Below are positions 23,403 to 35,121 of a DNA stretch of 64,000 nt, in pieces. The notes under the pieces were generated by a model, which saw nothing but the letters and a program-made list of their open reading frames with translations, was not told the origin of the DNA and searched no databases. The position numbers and the translations under genes were made by a program. The stretch's first letter is position 1; each line of letters opens with the position of its first letter. This stretch comes from Hormiphora californensis (Eukaryota > Animalia > Ctenophora). The stretch covers positions 186,001-250,000 of the forward strand of contig CM035357.1 in assembly GCA_020137815.1 (NCBI GenBank). Reading direction: 5' to 3'.

Positions 23403-24351
23403 ATGGGTGACATTTTCATTGCCTGCAAGAGGGGTGATCTGGAGAGAGTTACAACGTTAGTTGAGGAAATGCAATGTGAGATTAATGTTACTGATAAGTG
23501 GAACTCGACTCCCCTTTATTATGCTTGTTTGTTAGGGTACGAGGATATTGTACACTTCCTTCTTCAGTCAGGTACAACATGTTTCCAAATTCATCATTTT
23601 GACATTTTAAACCTTTCCTCAATTTTTTGCCAAATAAAGTATCATATCCCTTTTCATTGCACTGGTTCCCCTCGCTACCCTTGTTCCACGACTACCCACT
23701 ATACTCAGGTGCCAAGTACAATATAGATAAGTTCCATGGAGAGAGATGTATCAACAGTGCCCTAACGGACCAAATAAGGTCAATACTAAAGAACCCACCA
23801 AAGGAGAAAACAGAGCCCAGCAGGAACCCGTTTCGAGATGCTATGAGCCAGTGAGTATTTCCCAAGGCGTGCCCCAGGGTAGTGAGTGAGTATTATAATT
23901 CCCAAGGTGTGCCCCAGGGTAGTGAGGGAGTATTATAATTCCCAAGGTGTGCCCCAGGGTAGTGAGGGAGTATTATAATTCCCAAGGTGTGCCCCAGGGT
24001 AGTGAGGGAGTATTATAATTCCCAAGGTGTGCCCCAGGGTAGTGAGGGAGTATTGTAATTCCCCTGGGACTGAATGAATTCTCTTATCTATAACTGTGTC
24101 TTGAATCACCAGTTTGTACATTTCAGTATGCTAGCCTATCTATACCCCAAAATGTGATTTCTATTACCACTTACCAGTTTGTACGTTTCAGTATGCTAGC
24201 GGAGGCGTACCTAACGTATTCGGATGTAACGCTAAACATTGGAGGAACAAGACTGTACAGTCACAAGTCTATTCTTGCAGCTAACAGCCCTTACTTCTCT
24301 TCTGTACTTCAGGGGAGAGACAAACATGTCATAACCTTCAAACACTACAAG
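23403..24351 (+). CDS. ABTB1: Ankyrin repeat and BTB domain protein, copy 1 (first three exons; remainder lost in noisy sequence and the gap)
   Basis: MGDIFIACKRGDLERV..DKWNSTPLYYACLLG..GERCINSAL matches the ABTB1 N-terminus as I recall it. Exons ~23403-23571, 23710-23850 and 24192-24351 (BTB start YSDVTL..HKSILAANSPYF). Confidence 0.8.
23851..24065 (+). repeat. 40-bp tandem repeat starting at a splice donor; each unit begins GTGAG
   Basis: CCCAAGG recurs at 23861, 23901, 23941, 23981 and 24021. Only ~1.5 units are present at 35551 in copy 2. Confidence 0.9.
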
Positions 24352-25175
24352 GTAATAAGTGTTCTTTTGTCCTTACTCTGTGCGTGTTGCAGTAGTCCTT
24401 TCTGTACTGACTGACTATCAACAACCGCACAAGAACGGTGGATTGCTGTTTCTGATACTGACAAAATAATACAACTGATTCCGAGCCAAAACTAAAACTA
24501 AACCGAAACAATAAAATATACTCATAAATGCGGCCATACTACTTCTCTCTCTCTACTCTACTCATTCTCGTGCAGAACTCATCTCTCAGATGCAGGGCTC
24601 TCTATGCAGAGTCTCGGGACTCATTTAGTCGCCAGCGTCTTAGTAAGCCACATTGCTAGACTAAGGCTGGATCTCAGACTAAAGCTCAGGCTATGCTTCA
24701 GATCACAGGAACTGACTCAATAGAACTCAACTCTCTCAGCAGAACTGTCTCCGAACAGAACTTACTCTAGTGTCTCTCTCAGGAACTCTCTCATTGTCTC
24801 TCAACGCAGAACTCAGGAACTGCCTCAGCAGAACTGCCTCTCAGGAACTGCCGGGAACTGACAAGTGTCCTCTCCTCTTGTACCAGCTGACCACACCCGT
24901 CCTTCTCTCCACACTTTCTCCGTCTCCATCAGGGCGTAGGTAGGTTCCCATTGTCCTCAACTATCGTAGATCTTTCTGGAGCATCTGAATTGGTTTTGCT
25001 GCGGACTCTACGATTGTCAGACAAGCAGCTATTGTCTACTTGGTACAACGGCAATAACCAGGTCACACCACACCCGTGGGACGTTTCTCTTTGCAGAAAA
25101 TCATCCTTTTCTTCTCCTCGCGTAACAATGCATCCTAAATTCCCGGTCAATATCAAAATAACTTCAGACTGCAGA

Positions 25176-25275
25176 NNNNNNNNNNNNNNNNNNNNNNNNN
25201 NNNNNNNNNNNNNNNNNNNNNNNNNNNNNNNNNNNNNNNNNNNNNNNNNNNNNNNNNNNNNNNNNNNNNNNNNNN
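25176..25275. other. Assembly gap (100 N)
   Basis: Run of n. Confidence 1.
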
Positions 25276-28200
25276 GCTTAATTCTGGTAGACAAAACAAA
25301 GATGTCATGGGGCAAGACCAGAATGAAATACCACTCGGTTGATCGAGGAGAGAAATACAAACGAACTACCAAACCAAGAGAAACAAGAGAAGCATGACAT
25401 AGGAGAACTGAATACTGATAAAACAAGAAACTGGGGTGATGTAGGGGTGATGTCACATGAGAAGGGGACTGGGGTGATGTCACATAGGTAACAGTTAATG
25501 TAATGAAGGGACTGATGAAAAGCACCGGTTTTTACTTTCAACAAACACACGTGAGCAGCAGGGGTCTAGGGGGGTGAGCAGCATCAAAGAGCAGCAACAA
25601 AGACAGACTGATAAGAAAATGGGGCAACGAAAGGCCTTGTGACAACGATTTAGAACACCGTTTGTCCGGGCTGGTTGACGGTTGTGTTGATTGTAGCTTC
25701 TCAACGCTCAACACAAGTAAGGCAACGTGAGAGAGTAGAGACTAAAAGGAATGGCGACAAACAAATATTGGTCTCGGAGGGTTTTTATTGGGCATCCTCT
25801 GGGTGGTTGAAAGGTAAATATGACAGTAAGCACTGCATACTAGCGGGATGCCAAAATAATAAACAAAGCTGCACAGACTGCAATTGGTGACACGTACACA
25901 TGGCGACTGTAGAGCAGTGTCGTCTCTGCATGGTCAGCAATTCGGCGTTCGTCGCACTCAAAGTAGAGCAGTGGTAGTAAGGTCTTAGGTCTCTCCTCCT
26001 TTTGTCGCTCGCTCTCGACTTAAGTCTCTGCCTCTCTCTTCTCGTTCTCTCTCGCTCTTCTTACTCTCTCTACGTCATATTCGCACTCTCTCTCCAGTTC
26101 CTATATTTCTCTCCTTTTATGTCTATGTTCTCCTAGGTCTCTCTTTGTTTCTCTCTGTCATTTGCCGACTGTGTCAACATCCGGCTGATAGTTTGGGGCA
26201 GAGAGAAAAGGACGGGGATGACAGAGAGAGAAACGTAAAGCATCGAAACGGAATCAGTTGACCGTCAGAGCGGGTCAGAGGCTAACCAATATAGAAATCT
26301 GAAGTAACCTTGTTTCTCTTTGTTTCTCTTTGTTTTCTTTTCCCGATAGAGCACTGTTAGTGGAACGTGATCTATTCCTGTGTAGTAATTTGACTAGATA
26401 TGATTATTGAGTACAAAACAAATGCCGGAATTTTAATAACCGATGACATGCTTGATAGACGAAGTTTTAAAAAGATCGCGTGAGATTACACAACGAAAAT
26501 CGAAAACTCTTACACTGCAGTGTGAACACTGATAGTTATCATGTTTCACCACTAAACCAGAATAATACAAATCGTGCCCGTTAAACTACAGCTGCACCAA
26601 AAGGGCGGAGTGTGTAGAGCTGATGGTGAGTATGAGTTGGTACGGTGGGCGCGGGGGTTGACATCTTTAGTGGGCGTATAATCAAATAACGGAACAGATA
26701 CAGCAGATGTAACATGGTACGTGGTACCTAGAACAGATCCAAGCAGTGGTAGTGGCAGATACAGGAGGAGGAGAGAAAGAGAAATCTAAGGGATCGGGGC
26801 AGGGGGGCGATATTAGATTCAAGCGTAGCGCGGGACACCCACACCAGCCACACACATGGGCCAAACTGACCTGCTATGCAGGCACCAACACACACATTCA
26901 CACACTTGATTTGATTTTGAATGATACACCAACAGTGACAGTCAGTATACAGTCTATAATGAGGTGTGGTAACAGGTCATAGTGTATTCATTTTGGGCAC
27001 ACAATTCATGTCGAGTGATGTTATGTTTTGATAACAGTGAACAAATTGTACAAACATTTAAAATTTTCATTACACAATTTAAACAAGAATTGTTGGACAT
27101 CATCACTGCAACCATTCCGGGCGTATCTTCATTGCTTATCCTAACAAAACGGTGATACCCAACCACACTAACATCCTGCTGTTTTTACTGTATATAAACT
27201 GGTCTAAACATTCATCAGCTGGCAGAGGGGGGGGGCGGGGCGGATTCATTATTCAGTTGTTTTAGGGATAAAAACACTTGGCCTTCGGGTTCTACAGTTT
27301 TGTTATACTTTATGAAACATAACACAGAAACCCATTAATTGTTCATCAAGGCCCTCGTGCCATCTCCCTACCTACCCCCTCTCTTCTATTATAACCACTT
27401 CTCATGACTCTACTAACATTCGGTCCCCATCCTCTTTATCCCCTTCCCCTCTCTCGTCAGCTTCTCCGATTTAAGCCCCTCACTCATCAGATCAGCGAGT
27501 GGTTTGTTTTCAAAAAGGTTTCATGTGTGCGGCACATGGACCATCACCCACTGGTATGGGGGTGTTGAACATCGCTGAACGTCTCGATTTGCAGGTATCA
27601 TTCATTATCATCATTACTTTTTGTTGTGACCTCAGTATCAACATCGTTATCGTGTATCCCCTAACTGCTTGTATATTGGGAACTACGGACGTGTACGTCG
27701 TTTACATTGAAAAAAACGCGGAGTGAGAGGAGATCTCTCGTTTTGAATTTTTCAGTGAGAGTCTTTCAACAAACAACAGATCTATGGAAACATACAGTAT
27801 TTTCGGAGGGAGAAACCCCGTGTGTGCTTGATCTCGGCATGTTGATAGTGACTTCTCTCTCTGTCTCTCTCTATATCTCTTTATTTTCATCTCTTATCTC
27901 TATCTATATATATAGTAGAGTAATATATATCATAAGATATATATATATAATCTCTATCTATTGTTTATCTACGCTGTTTATAGCTCTATATAATATATAT
28001 CTAACTAGTGTTCTAGATGGTGTGTATATATATGTCTATATATATCTTATCATATATATCTTGTTTCATATATTATGTTTGTCTATCTTATCTATCTATA
28101 CTATATATATATATACTCTTCGAAGAGGAGCGGAAGAGAGCAAGAGAGAAGAGCGAGAGCGAGAGATAGAGGAGAGTAGAGGGAGAGAGAGAGGCGAGAG

Positions 28201-29125
28201 AGGAAGAGAGAGAAGAGAGAGAGAGATAGAGATAGCGATCGAGAGAGAGAGAGAGAGAGATCGAGTAATAGCGCTGAGAGCGAGAAAGAGAGAGAGAGCG
28301 AGCGATAGAGAGATATGAGAGAGAGAGAGGAAGCAGAGAGGAGGAAATACTATCCACAACCCGGTCTATATCGCTACCTCTCACTCTTAGCGTCTCTCTC
28401 TTCTCTCTCACCCTCTCTCTGGGTGTTTTACCTCTCCCTTACAATAGATCTCTTGAGATAGGGAGGGGAGAGCTGCAAGTAATCGTTGTAGTAAAAATAG
28501 TCCAGTAAAAGAACTAAAGCTAAGATGCCGGGTTTGCAATGTACTAGCCGGGAATAAAATCCAGTAATAATACCAAACATTCGCACGGACACAATAACGA
28601 GCGTGTTGAGGATGTTTCGAGGGAATTCCAGGGACGGTTACCAGCTGAGGAATTTCCTGCGACATTCATTTCAGAAGATGCAAGACATCTATCTTCAGAG
28701 GTGGAAACTAATGTGGGACTCAGATGATAACTGCTTTCAATGTGGGTATGCACGCGGTTACCCCTCATGTTGAGGGATTAGGAATGTGTGAAGGGTAACT
28801 TCTTCAAGGTAAACTTCTTTCAATGGTTGGTATATTTTGTAAATAATGCGGTTACGGCCGCAATGTATTGTGGGGGAGTGTGTGGAACTATCCGCTCTCA
28901 GATCCGTATATTACATGTACTCTTTTATCTGACCTCCCTCCCGAAGTACCGGGGGAGACAGTAGATAGGGGAAACTCTCCTCTGTCCTAATCTGTACATC
29001 TCTATCACTTACTATCCCCAATATCTCCCTCTCTGAGGGCACATGCCATGGGAAGATGGATTAATTTATAAAAACCAAGATTGTTGTAAAGACCAGAGCA
29101 TCTCACACTTCAGAATTCTCAGCAG
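25276..29125 (+). pseudogene. Inverted, indel-rich duplicate of ~7325-11205 including Kelch exons 4-6 (possibly a mis-oriented low-quality contig)
   Basis: Reverse-complement matches: 25276 vs ~11203, 27490-27594 vs exon 8473-8560, 28588-28742 vs 7678-7828, and 29035-29125 vs 7325-7390. Confidence 0.75.
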
Positions 29126-29220
29126 AAAGGATTAGCTTTAGGAATTGAGCTTCTTTTTACAGTTCCACTATAGAATTGTCTTGATTTATCAGACCACTAA
29201 ACACCCCCCTCATCTAGGAC

Positions 29221-31401
29221 ATGAAGATCCTCGTCCTCTTGTTCCTTGTGGGTACTGCCCTCTCCAGACCAGAGGATTACCCAAAGGAAGCTGTTGTGTG
29301 TGCCTGGGAGGACACCTTCTATCCAGTGGGTGCCAGCTGGGATGTAGATTGTAACACCTGCACGTGCAACTCTAACGGTCTGGCATCCTGCACTAGGATG
29401 CTGTGTGGGACAGGGTGCAGGGTGGGAGAGGACACACTGTACGCAGTGGGAGCCAGCTGGGATGTTGATTGTAACACCTGTACATGTGGTGACACAGGCC
29501 GGGCTCTCTGTACCATGAAGCTGTGTCTGGATGATAAAGACACAGATAAAGATACCAGAGACCCTCAAGCATTTGCATTTGCTGATGATGACTCTGAGGA
29601 TGATGATCCAGTAGATACCAGAGGGGAGGAGGATGTAGTTGCAGTATGTAATGTTGATGGGATGATATATTACGCTGGGGATTCCTTCCCTGCAGCTGAT
29701 GGGTGTAACACATGCAGGTTAGTGTAATATTAGTGAAAACAGGGCAAATCTCAACAAGCTAATTTTGGATAATTAGGTTTGTGCCAACACTATAAATATT
29801 AAATAGCCGATTTCGGCTAGGATTTGTTTTGGGACTTTTCACTGGTTGCACTTCCTTCAGAAAAAAATGTTAATCTAAAAGTTGTGAACAAATTTAGAGT
29901 CTATCTCTAACCATTTTGGAGATATTTGCTGACAAAGTTGGTCGCTAATTAGCCAAATAACATTATCCCCTCAGGTGTACAGAGACAGGTCTAACTCCCT
30001 GCACAAAGATGATGTGTCGACCAGATAAAGACACAGATAAAGAGGACCCACAAGCATTTGCATTTGCTGATAATAAAGATAAAGAGGACCCACAGGCATT
30101 TGCATTTGCTGATGATGACTCTGAGGATGTTCCACAAGATAAAGATACCAGAGGGGAGGATGATATTGCAGTGTGTAATGTTGATGGTATGATATATTAT
30201 GCTGGGGATTCCTTCACCGCAGCTGATGGGTGCAATACGTGCATGTGTGGTGACACAGGGGCGGCTGCATGCACTCTTATGATGTGTGATACAGAAACAT
30301 TTGTATTTGCTGACGATACCGAGGAAGATACAGATAGGGAGACCCGTGGTCAGGAGGCTGGAACTGCTAACTGTGTGTCTGGTGGGAGGAGTTATTACCC
30401 AGGAGATAATTTTCTAGCAGAGGATGGATGTAACAACTGTGTGTGTACCAGTAAGGGTGCAGCTGCATGTACCAGGAAGGCATGCCCTAGAACTTGCACG
30501 TAAGTTGTCAAATACATATCACTCACTTTACAAACGGACTATCCATATTATGACTAACGTTATGCCATTTGAAAGAGTTCCAAGTTTGAGTGTCTCGGCA
30601 AGTCAGTTGGAAGATGCCAACATGGTCGAAAAGTGACTAGATCCTGACTAAACTCCCCCTCCCCTTAGGTACAATGACAAGGTGTACATGGCAGGTGACT
30701 CGTTCCCAGCTAAGGACGGTTGTAACACCTGCACCTGTGGAAGGAAGGATGGCTCCATTGCGTGCACTGAAATGGCGTGTATCTCACAGGTAAGTTCGAT
30801 TATATGAGTCTCTCATAATGAATCAGTTGATATAATGAATCATAGTTGACATGATAAATTAAAGTTGATAATGAATCACTAATCAGTATCTCCCCAGGCT
30901 CTAAGTAAGGAGTATAGTGACGACTATGGTGATGACCCTGCTTACGGTGAAGATGTGTTTTGTTATGTCGACATGAGGATCATGTCAGTGGGTGCCACAT
31001 GGGATGAGGGATGCAGCACATGTAAGTGTGAGGCTAATGGATCCATATCCTGCAACACAACCCCATGCTGTCTATATCTGGGGCCCCGAGGTGAAACTAG
31101 ACGAGTAACGGAGGGTCAGACATTCAACAACGGATGTGGGAAGTGCAGGTGTCTGGAGGAGGGGCCTGGAAAAGTGGCAGCATATTGTACTTCTAAACGT
31201 TGTGCTAATCAGTGCCAATACAAGAATTGGGATCTAGTACAGGGGTACACCTTCAGGAAGGGACGGGGACAGATGATTAGTGTATTTGATGAAGATGAGG
31301 GATGTCCCAAGTTCTGTAGATGTGAGATGAGCAGGAAGAGGGGCGCATTTATTGATTGCAAGATGGATAACGGGGAACCTGAACCATGCATCTACTTCTA
31401 G
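29221..31401 (+). CDS. Secreted multi-pacifastin-like protein, copy 2
   Basis: Same 4-exon structure as 11293-14153. The last ORF (30955-31401) is identical in protein despite many silent changes. Confidence 0.88.
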
Positions 31402-32244
31402 AATACTACACTTAATTAAGGACATGCTATGTGTCTACTTCTAGAATACTAGACAGTAGTACTGAACAGGGACATGTATGTTGTGTCTTCTTCTAGTACA
31501 TTGTTCACAACAGGGACATGTTTATATTTTTGTATGCTTCTAGAACATTCCCCACATTCGTATAGACTGTGTGAAAATGACGACCTGGAGTTTGCAATAT
31601 ATAAAGTTTCTAATATGAAGTTCGTTTTCTGTGTAAATTTAAATCTAAACAGTCCAAACGTTTTTCTAGCGAGATTGTGATATGTGTTAAAACTGGTGAG
31701 ATACTGCTTACAGTACTGCGTTTAAAATACTAATGAATCTCTTATGGAGTAGCACCTGCAGAATCTACAAATTGAGAGAGGGGGACAAAGTATATACATT
31801 TATCTCTCTCTCTCCCCCTCTCTCACTCCCCCTCTCTATCTCTCCCCCTCTCTCGCTTCCTCCATGTAACTGCAACATTCATAAACACACGCTAAAATGC
31901 AAATTACAGGGCAACATCCTCCCGTTCTTCACACAGTTGTAACATACAGATCATTGACCAAACAACAAATGTGTTTGCGGTCTGCTAATGATCACTCTTT
32001 CATCCTGGCTGTATTACACGTGTTCGTATCTCGATCTGTCTGTTTTATGAGGCATGAAATAGATGTATGACTTTATGGCTCATTATAGACGGGAATATAT
32101 TCATACAGGTATCTTTTGCCATATCCAGATTATGTCACATAGAATTTAGAAACTTTGGGAAAAATGTTATGCGGAATAACGCATGGAAACATGGTGATAC
32201 AAATATTATACTGATACTCCCTCTCTCTCTCTCGCTGATCTCAC

Positions 32245-32920
32245 CTGAGGGTGATGAAGGAAAGGAGATCAGCTGCTAGTACCAGATCATGCACATTGCA
32301 TACATCAATAGTGACTTGACCACTGTATGAGAACTCAATCAACAGCTGCATGATCTCGGGCTTTATACCTGTTAAAAAACAATGGGAGTATAAAAGTAGT
32401 TAAAAAGGAAAAACAATGTGATTTTAAAAGCAGTTAAAATTATATCAAACAGATCAGATTGAAGCATGTTAAACAGGATGGATAGGATGGTTCTACATAC
32501 CTTTTATCTGGACCTCCTCCTTTGAACACTCTGTCATCCCAGATAGGAACATGTTACTGAAATACTCTGATCTGGCAGCTAGTATAACTTTATGACAGGG
32601 AAACTTGATTTGAGAGTTAGTCCACCCATCCTCCACCACCACATACAAATCACATAACTTCTCTTGCTCTTTAAAACCTCGTAACGCTTCTAACAGCTGC
32701 AGAAAAATAAAATGTTAAATTTATTAAACTCACTTTTTTTAGTTAAAAATGATCGGAACAATTCACCAACCTTTTGGGAATTGTCTGACTCTTTAAAAAC
32801 ATATGATCGGTCTGAAATACACTCGAAGCTTTCGCCTAGTGATAGATTTTGAAGGCGAGATCCCATTCTTTCGTGACCATCCTCATCCAACGAAAGGAGG
32901 CTCGATTTTGACTGAGTCAT
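32245..32920 (-). CDS. Kelch-like gene copy 2, exons 1-3 (BTB)
   Basis: Exons 32771-32920, 32501-32696 and 32245-32368 match 15543-15692, 15273-15468 and 15020-15143. Confidence 0.85.
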
Positions 32921-33284
32921 TTGTGGTGATAAATGCTACATTCTAAAGGTCATTGGTAGTTATTTGATAGCTTTAAAATTGCTATTGATCACTAGACAGT
33001 GGACCATGGAGGTTGGCATACGCTGCAGGCCCCTTATAAGGGGTGCACGCATGAGGGGGCTGCAGCGCATTCCAACCACGGAGGAACTTTTAAATTTTCT
33101 GTTTTGGAAAAAAAATCGGGATCCGAGAGACTGATTTTTCAAATTTACTTCCTGCGCGGCGCGAATACGCAGTGCAGTTTTTGGATAAAGTTTGCGCGTT
33201 ACAAACTGCGCAGAAAAAAAGAATTCAAGTTCAAAGTTCAAACTTTGAAAACTTTTGATTTTTTGATTGGAGTGGGGGCCACTG

Positions 33285-33533
33285 GGACGCCGTTACGATC
33301 TGGGTGTTTGGTGGCCTCTTTACAGGTGCGCGCTGCCAAAAAAGTTGATTCACTAAAATGACTCTAACCGCCAAACCACTCAACCGTTTTGGCTATTTCA
33401 AAGTTTATCTGGTAGGAAATGTCAAGGCCTAACCCCAACCCAAACCCCAGCCCTAACCCTAACCCCACTTTAGCCCTAACCCTAAAAAACCGTTTGTCAG
33501 CACTCACGAAACACCCAGATTTTAACGCTGGCC
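33285..33533. mobile_element. MULE-like MITE inserted in the left Penelope arm
   Basis: 9-bp TSD GGGCCACTG (33276-33284 and 33534-33542) and CCCTAA repeats. Same family as 17380-17652, in the opposite orientation. Confidence 0.75.
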
Positions 33534-34426
33534 GGGCCACTGGGTGACCTCCAGACTGGTCTCGCGTGTGTTAGGGTGGGTTCAGGCATTCAGGAAAACG
33601 ACGTTGATTCAGGTGTTCAAATCAAATGCTAATAAAACAAACGTTTCGACACAACGTGTCCTCATCAGTGTTAAGCTAACGTCTGTTAATAGGTTGGACT
33701 ATTTAAATAACACACATAGTCGGTCAATTAGTGGCTACACCCGGTCTGAAATATGATCGCAGCTGGGTCCGTGGTCTGATAGTTCGCAGTCTGGGTAGAT
33801 TGGGCCCGAACTAATCAAAACATGAACCCATTCTGCTGGCAGTCATTCAGGCTCGGGTGTTCCCTCTCAATCGCAATATTCTCTTTCAAAAATGTTTCTA
33901 AAGCGTCTCTTCCTCTGCTATGAACTTTAAAATCAAAATTATTCAAAAAATTCTCATAGTCTCTCACACTCCTCCTTCCTGTCACTGCCTCGGGGTGTTC
34001 CTTGACGAGGTGTTTGCCGAGGGAGCTCCGATCGTTGCCCAGTCGCTGACTACTCTCATGTTCGTTAACCCTCTCTCTCAGTGGTCTTGCCTCGTCAAGG
34101 AACACCCCGAGGCAGTGACAGGAAGGAGGAGTGTGAGAGACTATGATAATTTTTTGAATAATTTTGATTTTAAAGTTCATAGCAGAGGAAGAGACGCTTT
34201 AGAAACATTTTTGAAAGAGAATATTGCGATTGAGAGGGAACACCCGAGCCTGAATGACTGCCAGCAGAATGGGTTCATGTTTTGATTAGTTCGGGCCCAA
34301 TCTACCCAGACTGCGAACTATCAGACCACGGACCCAGCTGCGATCATATTTCAGACCGGGTGTAGCCACTAATTGACCGACTATGTGTGTTATTTAAATA
34401 GTCCAACCTATTAACAGACGTTAGCT

Positions 34427-34466
34427 TAACACTGATGAGGACACGTTGTGTCGAAACGTTTGTTTT
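34427..34466 (+). ncRNA. Minimal hammerhead ribozyme motif in the Penelope 3' UTR/pLTR (mirror copy at ~33634-33673, minus)
   Basis: AACA-CTGATGA-G-GACAC-GTT-GTGTC-GAAACGTT-TGTT shows the conserved core, stem II, a palindromic short stem III and stem I. Confidence 0.75.
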
Positions 34467-35121
34467 ATTAGCATTTGATTTGAACACCTGAATCAACGTC
34501 GTTTTCCTGAATGCCTGAACCCACCCTAACACACGCGAGACCAGTCTGGAGGTCACCCAGTGGCCCCCACTCCAATCATCATGATGCCGCGGACGGTGAA
34601 ACCAGCCCCTCAAGGTTGGCACAGCGTTTTGATTTTTTTTCATTTTTGATTTTTTTCTCTCTCATTTTTTCCCTGCCCGGCTGAATGCCCGAAGGGGATT
34701 CCCCCAGATAATCGTTTTGGCACGCACAGCCAGCAGCCCCTCATGTACGCGCACCGCCACCCTCATCAAAACGCTGTGCACTGACCTGGTCCGTGGTCGG
34801 TCTCGGGACTCGGGTCTGACCACGCTGCAGGTGGTGCTGTGGCCTGTGCAGGTGCAGCCAATATGACGGAGCACCACTGACGGCTGACCACTGTCAATTG
34901 AGAATTGAATGGTGAACTGCCTTATTTCAATTTGCCAGTATGTACTTTAGTTTGAACTGTGAACATCATAAAATGACCCCATGCGTTGTAGTGATGACAT
35001 CCAGCAAGTAAAGAACTATGGGAGACCTTGGTGACATTGGTAGCGCTATGGACTCTCAATATACGACTTTAAACCGTTCAAATTCGCATCGTATTTTAAA
35101 ACAATTGTCAGAAAATTAAAT

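Larger units (their letters stand above)
33264..34626. mobile_element. 5'-truncated Penelope-like element arranged as an inverted dimer
   Basis: Arms 33264-34010 and 34090-34578 are reverse complements. They encode a GIY-YIG C-terminal fragment (RPLRERVNEH..SSLGKHL..ENIAIEREHPSLN). The right arm has an extra tail. TTTTGATTTTT is duplicated at 33253-33263 and 34627-34637. Confidence 0.85.

Noticed and set aside
24380-25175. CAGAACT-rich segment as a novel repeat or gene
   Set aside because: It is degenerate sequence next to the gap with no consistent period or ORF, and is likely low quality.
33010-33078. GC-rich hairpin as an ncRNA
   Set aside because: It is present only in copy 2 and has terminal inverted repeats, so a tiny MITE-like insertion explains it better.
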